From positions 40,486,001 to 40,550,000 of the forward strand of contig CM075985.1 of NCBI GenBank assembly GCA_038087875.1: a DNA stretch of 64,000 bases. The letters are read 5' to 3'. The DNA comes from Malacoraja senta. Lineage: Eukaryota. Below, in pieces: positions 10,201-19,504 of the stretch. A program made the position numbers and the translations under genes. The notes below the pieces were generated by a model that was not told the origin of the DNA, ran no database searches, and saw nothing but the letters and a program-made list of their open reading frames with translations. Position 1 is the first letter of the stretch, and each line of letters opens with the position of its first letter.

Positions 10201-12799
10201 GAGAGTGTCAGAAATCAATACGGAACTGACTCCGAACATTACTCCGAACATGACTATGTGCCTGAATCCCATGCTTTAATGCATGATGTGCGAGAATCAC
10301 ATAAGGAAGAGCTGCCTGCTCTTGCCTCTAAATTTACTGTTCTCTCGGGGATGGACAAGCCACTACAAGAGGAGTTGGCCAGCGGCATCAGCTATCTAAT
10401 AGAAATGACAAGCATGACAGACAGGGTCTGCAAATGGAACCTCGCTGAAGCTCCAACAAGCAAATCGACCCGGGGTCAGAGACTCTGGTAAGTAAGCGCT
10501 CGTTATTAACCTCCGTAAACTCCGAAATTGAGCAGTCTGTCGGCCCAGGTTTGGGTTTACTGGCAGCATGGGCTGTCTAGTGGGTTTTCACTGTCTCTGG
10601 GATAGATCAGGTTGATGTACAGACATTGGCAGGGTGCCTTGCATAGTAACCTCTGTAAGTTCCAAGTAGGTACAGTTTGGTTACCCTGGTTCAGGGCAGA
10701 CCATCATGGAACTGGCTGGCCATATGGGTCATATTGACCAGGGAAGCATTGCCTCATCATCTGTAATTGAGGTTATCAGACTGCTCAGTAGAATCAAGTA
10801 GTTGAAGTCTTCCTCAACACATGGTTTAATATCCCCTCAGTTAGTAGAGTTGCCGGTTCATTGGAGTGGTGGAGATGCCATCTTCTCTGGGATAGGTAAT
10901 TACCACCAGGAAGCTGGTCTGGCATATAATATAATTTTTATCTGACCTACAGGTTCATGTTGTGAATCAACAATGTATTTATAACAATCCATAGGCTCTC
11001 AATACCAGTATTCCTGATTGAGCGGCGGGTCGAAGAGATTGTGTTGTGCACTCTGGCGATTCAGACAAGTGGTTTCAGTCAAAGGACTGCGAGGAAATTC
11101 CTGATTCAGGCTTGCATTATACTATTTCTACTCTGAGGAAAAACGCTGAGTATTTGTGGTGACTCTTAGTCAAGAGTTGACAGAGAACTCGTATTCCCAC
11201 ATTAAAGGGAGATTATGGTTTCCGCTCTAGTCATAAGGTTCTGATTATATGTTATCAGCGAAATGTATGAATAACTAGATAATGCACCTTCCGCGGCAAG
11301 AGAAGCCAAAAATGTTCCGTCCGTATGGTCAATAGAGGAACAGGGGTTCCGAATGCAATCAGTGACAGCTCATCCGAGGATGAGTGGTCTGGCCAAGGAC
11401 TGGAGGGGGATATTTCTGATACTTCTCAAGATTACAGAAACATGGTGCAAGCCGAATCAAGTAAGCATTTGGCTAATCTGATCATGTGTTTTCTTACCCA
11501 GTTTAATATGGATGATTGGCTTTCAGCAATTTAACTGATTCAGAGAATCGATCTTGAAGTTGCATACTCTGCCATATCTATACACATGAGACACAGATGC
11601 TGGTGTTTTATGATAACAAAACCAGTGGTGGAAGCCAATGCTGCCGTACTCAGATTAAAGGGCATTGTGTCATCGAGTTTTAGGTAATATGCAAAAATTT
11701 GCAGCTGATTAAACTTATGGGTTATCAGTAGATATCTTTTGCGATATTAAAAATGAGGCAACATGAAATTTAATAGTGCCAATTTTGCCTATTTTCACGC
11801 CATGGTAAGGTGGCTGAAGCAACTCGTATTTACTCAGTCACAATTGATGGCTGGGGCAGCCTGTCTTCTCGGGCAGCTAGCTCTGCACGAGTGTATGAGA
11901 AGCTTGTGAACAACAGTTGTGAGTTACTTTAAAACGGAAGTAACAGAGGTTGTGTGTGGCTTTCAGTTTGAGCCTAGAGATAGCACAATTGACATTGCTT
12001 GTGCTGCTTTGTCATTCTCTATAGTACCACAAGTGGGACAATAAATGATTGGTTATTCGCCCGCTGTTCACTAACGTTATGCAGGGTGTCATTTATTTGA
12101 CCACTCTAATAGCCTACACTCATTGTAGTGTGCGATGTATATCAATAAATTATTATGCAAATATTCGTCTACTATATTCCTAATGGGAGCAGTATTTTTA
12201 AGATGATTTTGCTTTCAACAACTGATCTCAGCACAAAGAACACTGTCTTTACTCAATCTCTGGCTTGGTCTCTAGGTCATAATTAACATTAGGGTAGCTT
12301 GTTATGGGAATGATCTCATAAGCAAAATTGGCAGGATTGCGTACATTTGAAGTTGACAGCATACCCACCAGAGCAGAGATCGGGGTGTCATTAGGTATAA
12401 GCGTGCACTGAGTTTGCTTGTACCTATGAGATGAAAGATAGTTTCTTTTTTTGTTATTCAATAGTCTCAAGATATTGCTGATGGCTCATTAGCAGCCAAT
12501 AGAATGGATATGTTCCCTTTCATCTTACAGCAAGAGGCTTACATAGTGTGTGTTAATACATTTAAAAAATTGGTTGAATATGTCTGTATATCTGTAGATA
12601 GAATTCTGCACAGTGTTGCATGAGTTATTGTCTAACACAACAGTCTATTGGGACTATGGTCCGGTTAAGAATAATGGCCATCATGCAAGTTAGCATCATG
12701 GTATTACTAACCCATGTTTTTCTACCATTAATGTTTTTCTGTTTAAGTGTTTCACACACAGATTGGGTTACTGCATGAAACCACAGAGCTTTGATGTCT

Positions 12800-12906
12800 T
12801 CACGTAGTCACTCACGTGACTTTGAAATAAAATAGAAAGATTAAACGAGAACTTACCGTTTGAAGGTTGATCTTTATTTGATGAGAAGTTGAAGTGAGGG
12901 AATACG
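12800..12906 (+). repeat. DIRS internal complementary region (ICR)
   Basis: 12800-12832 is complementary to the element's left end (8292-8325). 12833-12906 is complementary to the right-end extension (~13055-13122). Confidence 0.85.
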
Positions 12907-13794
12907 TGTGCCCTCCACTCCCAACCCTACTTCTCATTAAGGCCATTCGGTAGTTTAAGCTCGTTAATCTTTCTATAGCTTAGGTCAGCAACTATTCTGT
13001 GGTTTCGTACAGCTGCTCTAAAGATTGACGCGCATGTGGACTGGGGGGTTCTTTACGTATTCCCTCACTTCAACATCTCATAAAATAAAGATCAAACTTC
13101 AAACCGTAAGTTCTCGTTTAATTATATTTTTCTACAATTACCGCTGCAAGTATCTGGGCCAATTTTCTGAAGTCGATTGAATCAGAAGCAAGCTTGCTCC
13201 AACGCCAGTTTAGATGGTCCATCCTAATCCCTTAATTGAGCTCAGTTCAATTGGCCTCAACCTCCGCTGTTGAAAAGAAAGCAACCCATGTGAATTTGGT
13301 TGTTGATTCTACGATCTAAAGCATTAACTGTCTTTCTTTCATTATTATTTTTCCGCTAAGGCTGGCTGATCTAGAAAAAAATCCCAATTTTTATCTTTTC
13401 ATGTCATATTCAGAGATGAATGAATGAATGATATTTTAGTGTCAGAATCATATATTATAATCAATATCATAAACACAGGCACAAGGGAGATGACCTACCA
13501 CCATGGAATCACGCCTGGATTCAAGATTTATCTTTGATCATAGAAAACGCCTTCCTGTTCTATCAAATATATTTATCTGCTGTCTTGATCTTCCTCCTGC
13601 CTTCTTTTTATTACTCCACTCTGCCCAGGCAAATTTGGCTGAGAAAATCTGGTGAAAATGACTCATGACATTAAACATTTAAAAATATACACATTTATCT
13701 TTGGGCAAATATTCAACAGGAATCTTCACCTTAAGAAACATAATGTCACATTTCAAACTAACCAGTGGTTCAAGTGTAAGAACAATATCTGTAG

Positions 13795-14140
13795 AGAGCG
13801 ACCATAATACATAGGAGCAGAATTAGGCTATTTGCCTCATCGAGTCTGCTCTTCCATTCAATCGTGGCTGATCTAATTCTCCTTCTTTACTCACCTGCCT
13901 TCTCCCCGTAACTTTTACAGCCATTACTAATCAAGAACCTATCAATCTCCGCTTTAAAAATGTCCAATGACTTGGCCTCCACTACTGTCTGTGGCAATAA
14001 CATCCACAGACTCACCACCCACAGAAGAAATTCTTCCTCATCTTCATTCTAAAAGAATGTCCTTTTATTCTGAGGCTGTGCCCTGTGGTCCTAGACTCTC
14101 CCACTACTGGAAACCCTACTCTCGAAATCCACTCAATCTA
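13795..14140 (-). mobile_element. Decayed CR1 3' fragment
   Basis: Reverse-complement CR1 3' UTR and C-terminal sequence (ccattcaatcgtggctgatc...ccttctccccgtaac). Confidence 0.65.
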
Positions 14141-14202
14141 TGCCTTTATAGAGAATAGAGTTCGTCTTTCAGTTTAAATCATATCATTTCAGTTCTGGGA
14201 AA

Positions 14203-14725
14203 AGAGGTCCGAAAGCCGTTGGAGAGGTCGCTGAGGGAGGAGCTACAACCGAGCGGTAGGACTTAAAAAGGAGCGCGGGGGCTTGTTCCTTACAGAGGTC
14301 CGAAAGCCGTTGGAGAGGTCGCTGAGGGAGGAGCTACAACCGAGCGGTAGGACTTAAAAAGGAGCGCGGGGGCTTGTTCCTAACAGAGGTCCGAAAGCCG
14401 TTGGAGAGGTCGCTGAGGGAGGAGCTACAACCGAGCGGTAGGACTTAAAAAGGAGCGCGGGGGCTTGTTCCTAACAGAGGTCCGAAAGCCGTTGGAGAGG
14501 TCGCTGAGGGAGGAGCTACAACCGAGCGGTAGGACTTAAAAAGGAGCGCGGGGCTTGCTTCTTACAGAGGTCCGAAAGCCGTTGGAGAGGTCGCTGAGGG
14601 AGGAGCTACAACCGAGCGGTAGGACTTAAAAAGGAGCGCGGGGCTTGCTTCTTACAGAGGTCCGAAAGCCGTTGGAGAGGTCGCTGAGGGAGGAGCTACA
14701 ACCGAGCGGTAGGACTTAAAAAGGA
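14203..14725 (+). repeat. 90/91-bp monomer array (~5.8 copies) in the CR1 5' UTR
   Basis: agaggtccgaaagccgttgg... units start at 14203, 14294, 14385, 14476, 14566 and 14656. Units are nearly identical and have no spacers. Confidence 0.95.
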
Positions 14726-14840
14726 ACCCAAATCGGCAACGTTCCACTTCAAAAACAAGTGGGTTTGAGGAAGCCGCTGATTGGTGGACGCAGATAAGAG
14801 AGAGCAGCTGATTGGGAGTCAGATCCCTGCTGATTGTACT

Positions 14841-14970
14841 GTATTGTAGCAGTTTGTTTTGTATTGTAGCAGTTTGTTTTGTATTGTAGCAGTTTGTTTT
14901 GTATTGTAGCAGTTTGTTTTGTATTGTAGCAGTTTGTTTTGTATTCTATCAGTTTGTTTTATATTCTATC
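14841..14970 (+). repeat. 20-bp tandem repeat in the CR1 5' UTR
   Basis: gtattgtagcagtttgtttt x5 perfect plus ~1.5 variant units. Confidence 0.95.
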
Positions 14971-14985
14971 CAGGGTAAGGGGAGT

Positions 14986-15921
14986 ATGACGGCCAGGGCA
15001 GTTTACTGTTCTGGATGTCAGATGTGGGAAGTCATGGAGTCTGATAGCCCTCCAGACGTCCACATCTGCGCCAGGTGTATCGAGATGGGGCTCCTAATGG
15101 ACCGTATTAGGAACCTGGAGCAGCAGCTCGATGACCTCCGTCTGGTCAGGGAGAGCGAGGAAGTCATTGAGAGGAGTTACAGGGATGTGGTCACTCCAAC
15201 ACCACAGGAGGCATGCAAGTGGATCACGGTTGGGAGAGGCAAGGGGCACAGGCAGGGACTAGAGAGTACCCCGGTGGCTGTACACCTTGACAATAAGTAC
15301 TCCTGTTTGAGCACTGTTGGGGTGGACAGCCTACCTGGGGGTAGCGACAGCGGCCGGGCCTCCGGTATAGAGACCGGTCCTGTTGCTCAGAAGGGTAAGG
15401 AAAAGAAGAGGAGGGCAATATTAATAGGGGACTCTATAGTTAGGGGGTCAGACAGGCGATTCTGTGGACGCAGTCGGGAGACCCGGATGGTAGTTTGCCT
15501 CCCTGGTGCCAGGGTCTGTGATGTGTCCCAACGTGTCCAAGACATCCTGAAAGGGCAGGGAGAGGAGCCCGAGGTCGTGATACATATAGGTACCAATGAC
15601 ATAGGTAAAAAAAGAGAAGAGGTCCTGAAAGGAGAATTTAGGGAGTTAGGAGGGGAGTTAAAGAGAAGGACAGCAAAGGTAACAATCTCGGGATTACTGC
15701 CTGTACCACGCGACAGTGAGAGTAGGAATGGAGCGAGGTGGAGGATAAATGCGTGGCTGAAGGACTGGTGCAGAAGGCAGGGATTCAAATTTCTGGATCA
15801 TTGGGACCTCTTTTGTGGAAGGTACGACCTGTACAAAAAGGATGGGTTGCACTTGAACCTGAGGGGGACCGATATCCTGGCGGGGAGATCTGCAAAGGCT
15901 ACTGGGGAGACTTTAAACTAG
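14986..15921 (+). CDS. CR1 ORF1p: Cys zinc-finger, coiled coil, SGNH esterase
   Basis: ATG at 14986 (MTARAVYCSGC...CARC), LMDRIRNLEQQLDDLR coiled coil, GDSIVRG / HIGTND / DGLHLN esterase blocks. Confidence 0.9.
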   Translation: MTARAVYCSGCQMWEVMESDSPPDVHICARCIEMGLLMDRIRNLEQQLDDLRLVRESEEVIERSYRDVVTPTPQEACKWITVGRGKGHRQGLESTPVAVHLDNKYSCLSTVGVDSLPGGSDSGRASGIETGPVAQKGKEKKRRAILIGDSIVRGSDRRFCGRSRETRMVVCLPGARVCDVSQRVQDILKGQGEEPEVVIHIGTNDIGKKREEVLKGEFRELGGELKRRTAKVTISGLLPVPRDSESRNGARWRINAWLKDWCRRQGFKFLDHWDLFCGRYDLYKKDGLHLNLRGTDILAGRSAKATGETLN

Positions 15922-18900
15922 AATGGTTGGGGGGAGGGACTCAAATAGAGAATGCTATTAGACAGTGTGTGAGGCAGGAGGCAGAGAAGGAAAGCACTCG
16001 GACCCAACATGTAGGGGGGAAAGAAGAAAACAATAATAAACAGAGAATAAGAGGTGGTGGGGTTCTTAAATGGGTGAGCAGAGAAACAGAGGGGTGTAAT
16101 ATGCGGGCGGAAGCAATAGGTAGCAAGGTGAAAGGTAAAAGTGGCAGGCAGACAAATCCAGGGCAAAAATCAAAAAGAGCCACTTTTCAACATAATTGTA
16201 TAAGGGGTAAGAGCGTTGTAAAAACAAGCCTGAAGGCTTTGTGTCTCAATGCAAGGAGCATTCGTAATAAGGTGGATGAGTTGAACGTGCAGATAGCAAT
16301 TAATGATTATGATATAGTTGGGATCACGGAGACATGGCTCCAAGGTGACCAAGGCTGGGAGCTGAACATCCAGGGATATTCAATATTCAGGAGGGATAGA
16401 GAGAAAGGAAAAGGAGGTGGGGTGGCGTTGCTGGTTAGAGAGGAGATTAATGCAGTGGAAAGGAAGGACATTAGCTTGGAGGATGTGGAATCGGTATGGG
16501 TAGAGCTGCGAAACACTAAGGGGCAGAAAACGCTGGTGGGCGTTGTGTACAGGCCACCTAGCAGTAGTAGTGAAGTTGGGGATGGCATCAAACAGGAAAT
16601 TAGAAATGCGTGCAACAAAGGCAAAACAGTTATAATGGGTGACTTCAATCTACATATAGATTGGGTGAATCAAATTGGCAGGGGTGCTGAGGAAGAGGAT
16701 TTCTTGGAATGTATGAGGGATAGTTATCTAAACCAACATGTAGAGGAACCAACGAGAGAGCAGGCTATTCTAGACTGGGTATTGAGTAATGAGGAAGGGT
16801 TAGTTAGCAGACTTGTTGTGCGTGCCCCCTTGGGCAAGAGTGATCATAATATGGTTGAGTTCTTCATTAGGATGGAGAGTGACATTGTTAATTCAGAAAC
16901 AACGGTTCTGAACTTAAAGAAAGGTAACTTTGAGGGTATGAGACGTGAATTGGCCAAGATTGACTGGCAATTAGTTCTAAAAGGGTTGACGGTGGATATG
17001 CAATGGAAGGCATTTAAAGACTGCATGGATGAACTACAAAAATTGTTCATCCCAGTTTGGCAAAAGAATAAATCAAGGAAGGTAGTGCATCCGTGGATAA
17101 CAAGGGAAATCAGGGATAGTATCAAAGCAAAAGATGATGCGTACAAATTAGCCAGAAAAAGCAGCATACCAGAGGACTGGGAGAAATTCAGAGACCAGCA
17201 GAGGAGGACAAAGGGCTTAATTAGGAAAGGGAAAATAGATTATGAAAGGAAACTGGCAGGGAACATAAAAACTGACTGCAAAAGTTTTTATAGATATGTG
17301 AAGAGAAAGAGATTAGTTAAATCAAATGTAGGTCCCTTGCAGTCAGAAACAGGTGAATTGATCATGGGGAACAAGGATATGGCAGACCAATTGAATAACT
17401 ACTTTGGTTCCGTCTTCACTAAGGAAGACATAAATAATCTGCCGGAAATAGCAGGGGGCCGCGGGTCAAAGGAGATGGAGGAACTGAGTGAAATCCAGGT
17501 TAGTCGGGAAGTGGTGTTGGGTAAATTGAATGGATTAAAGGCCGATAAATCACCAGGGCCAGATAGGCTGCATCCCAGAGTACTTAAGGAAGTAGCTCCA
17601 GAAATAGTGGATGCATTAGTGATAATGTTTCAAAACTCTTTAGATTCTGGAGTAGTTCCTGAGGATTGGAGGGTAGCAAACGTAACCCCACTTTTTAAGA
17701 AGGGAGGGAGAGAGAAAACGGGGAATTACAGACCAGTTAGTCTAACATCGGTAGTGGGGAAACTGCTAGAGTCAGTTATTAAAGATGGGATAGCAGCACA
17801 TTTGGAAAGTGGTGAAATCATTGGACAAAGTCAGCATGGATTTACGAAAGGTAAATCGTGTCTGACGAATCTTATAGAATTTTTCGAGGATGTAACTAGT
17901 AGAGTGGATAGGGGAGAACCAGTGGATGTGTTGTATCTGGACTTTCAGAAGGCTTTCGACAAGGTACCACATAAGAGATTAGGATACAAACTTAAATCAC
18001 ACGGTATTGGGGGTTCAGTATTGATGTGGATAGAGAACTGGCTGGCAAACAGGAAGCAAAGAGTAGGAGTAAACGGGTCCTTTTCACAATGGCAGGCAGT
18101 GACTAGTGGGGTACCACAAGGCTCAGTGCTGGGACCCCAGCTATTTACAATTTATATTAATGATCTGGACGAGGGAATTGAAAGCAACATCTCCAAGTTT
18201 GCGGATGACACTAAGCTGGGGGGCAGTGTTAGCTGTGAGGAGGATGCTAGGAGACTGCAAGGTGACTTGGATATGCTGGGTGAGTGGGCAAATGTTTGGC
18301 AGATGCAGTATAATGTGGATAAATGTGAGGTTATCCACTTTGGTAGCAAAAACGGGAAGGCAGACTATTATCTAAATGGTGGCCGATTAGGAAATGGGGA
18401 GATGCAGCGAGACCTGGGTGTCATGGTACACCAGTCATTGAAAGTAGGCATGCAGGTGCAGCAGGCAGTGAAGAAAGCGAATGGTATGTTGGCCTTCATA
18501 GCAAGAGGATTTGAGTATAGGAGCAGCGAGGTTCTACTGCAGTTGTACAGGGTCTTGGTGAGACCACACCTGGAGTATTGCGTACAGTTTTGGTCTCCAA
18601 ATCTGAGGAAGGACATTATAGCCATAGAGGGAGTGCAGAGAAGGTTCACCAGACTGATTCCTGGGATGTCGGGACTTTCATATGAAGAAAGACTGGATAG
18701 ACTTGGCTTATACTCGCTAGAATTTAGGAGATTGAGAGGGGATCTTATAGAAACGTACAAGATTCTTATGGGGTTGGACAGGCTAGATGCAGGAAGATTG
18801 TTCCCGATGTTGGGGAAGTCCAGGACAAGGGGTCACAGCTTAAGGATAAGGGGGAAATCCTTTAAGACCGAGATGAGGAAAAACTTTTTCACACAGAGAG

Positions 18901-19037
18901 TGGTGAATCTCTGGAACTCTCTGCCACAGAGGGTAGTTGAGGCCAGTTCATTGGCTATATTTAAGAGGGAATTAGATGTGGCCCTTGTGGCTAAAGGGAT
19001 CAGGGGGTATGGAGAGAAGGCAGGTACGGGATACTGA
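15738..19037 (+). CDS. CR1 ORF2p: apurinic endonuclease + reverse transcriptase (true start uncertain; endonuclease begins ~16230)
   Basis: NARS, ITETW, YRPP, MGDFN, SDH endonuclease motifs. [27 protein letters not shown] motifs. No stops in 1099 codons. Confidence 0.95.
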   Translation: MEDKCVAEGLVQKAGIQISGSLGPLLWKVRPVQKGWVALEPEGDRYPGGEICKGYWGDFKLEWLGGGTQIENAIRQCVRQEAEKESTRTQHVGGKEENNNKQRIRGGGVLKWVSRETEGCNMRAEAIGSKVKGKSGRQTNPGQKSKRATFQHNCIRGKSVVKTSLKALCLNARSIRNKVDELNVQIAINDYDIVGITETWLQGDQGWELNIQGYSIFRRDREKGKGGGVALLVREEINAVERKDISLEDVESVWVELRNTKGQKTLVGVVYRPPSSSSEVGDGIKQEIRNACNKGKTVIMGDFNLHIDWVNQIGRGAEEEDFLECMRDSYLNQHVEEPTREQAILDWVLSNEEGLVSRLVVRAPLGKSDHNMVEFFIRMESDIVNSETTVLNLKKGNFEGMRRELAKIDWQLVLKGLTVDMQWKAFKDCMDELQKLFIPVWQKNKSRKVVHPWITREIRDSIKAKDDAYKLARKSSIPEDWEKFRDQQRRTKGLIRKGKIDYERKLAGNIKTDCKSFYRYVKRKRLVKSNVGPLQSETGELIMGNKDMADQLNNYFGSVFTKEDINNLPEIAGGRGSKEMEELSEIQVSREVVLGKLNGLKADKSPGPDRLHPRVLKEVAPEIVDALVIMFQNSLDSGVVPEDWRVANVTPLFKKGGREKTGNYRPVSLTSVVGKLLESVIKDGIAAHLESGEIIGQSQHGFTKGKSCLTNLIEFFEDVTSRVDRGEPVDVLYLDFQKAFDKVPHKRLGYKLKSHGIGGSVLMWIENWLANRKQRVGVNGSFSQWQAVTSGVPQGSVLGPQLFTIYINDLDEGIESNISKFADDTKLGGSVSCEEDARRLQGDLDMLGEWANVWQMQYNVDKCEVIHFGSKNGKADYYLNGGRLGNGEMQRDLGVMVHQSLKVGMQVQQAVKKANGMLAFIARGFEYRSSEVLLQLYRVLVRPHLEYCVQFWSPNLRKDIIAIEGVQRRFTRLIPGMSGLSYEERLDRLGLYSLEFRRLRGDLIETYKILMGLDRLDAGRLFPMLGKSRTRGHSLRIRGKSFKTEMRKNFFTQRVVNLWNSLPQRVVEASSLAIFKRELDVALVAKGIRGYGEKAGTGY

Positions 19038-19504
19038 GTTGGATGATCAGCCATGATCGTATTGAATGGCGGTGCAGGCTCGAAGGGCCGAATGGCCTAC
19101 TCCTGCACCTAATTTCTATGTATCTATGTATCTATGTAAAACATAGATATAATCACTTTATTAGATAATTATATATTAGTGGGAAAGAGGGTGTATGGTA
19201 TGTGTGCCTTAATTGCTCAGGGCATTGAGTATAAGATTTAGGAAGGCATGTTGGTGCTTTACAGGTCATCAGCCACTGTGTAGTACTGGGATATGGTACT
19301 CGTGAGTACAGTTTAGTCCTGGCACAGCAGTGTGTACTGATAGGGACAGATCTATCACTGCATAACATAGAATGCTGGAGAAACTCAACAGATCAGGCAC
19401 CATCTGTGGACAGATAACATTTTGAGTTGGGACTATTCTTCACAATGATTGCAGTATGGGGAAGAAAGCTGGAAAGGAGAGGTGAGGCAGTAAGGAAAAC
19501 TTGA

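Larger units (their letters stand above)
8292..13122 (+). mobile_element. DIRS1-type (tyrosine-recombinase) retroelement, coding-defective, copy 1
   Basis: Short ITRs (8319-8353 vs 13025-13059). An internal complementary region (12800-12906) is complementary to both element ends. Degenerate IDLEVAY...IH..HR and LRLKGI RT remnants (~11547-11690) and a GWG RNase H-like remnant (~11849). Colinear with 54382-59325. Confidence 0.8.
14203..19137 (+). mobile_element. Full-length CR1 LINE (lineage A 3' half) with both ORFs open
   Basis: 5' monomer array, ORF1 with esterase, uninterrupted APE-RT ORF2, 3' tail tttctatgtatctatgtatctatgt. Confidence 0.95.

Noticed and set aside
14203-14970. Regular repeats resembling a CRISPR array
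   Set aside because: The units are contiguous with no unique spacers, there are no cas genes, and the context is a vertebrate LINE 5' UTR.
14899-14985. N-terminal extension of ORF 14899-15921 (MYCSSLFCIV...)
   Set aside because: It is a translation of the 20-bp repeat from a non-ATG start. The plausible start is ATG 14986.
15738-15921. ORF2 N-terminus overlapping ORF1 as a real overlapping gene
   Set aside because: It is only an open alternative frame of ORF1, with no evidence of use. The endonuclease starts ~16230.
16307-19054. Antisense ORFs inside CR1 copies (and equivalents at 21064-22153, 35693-36947, 57347-57849)
   Set aside because: Shadow frames of LINE ORFs, repeated only because the element is repeated.
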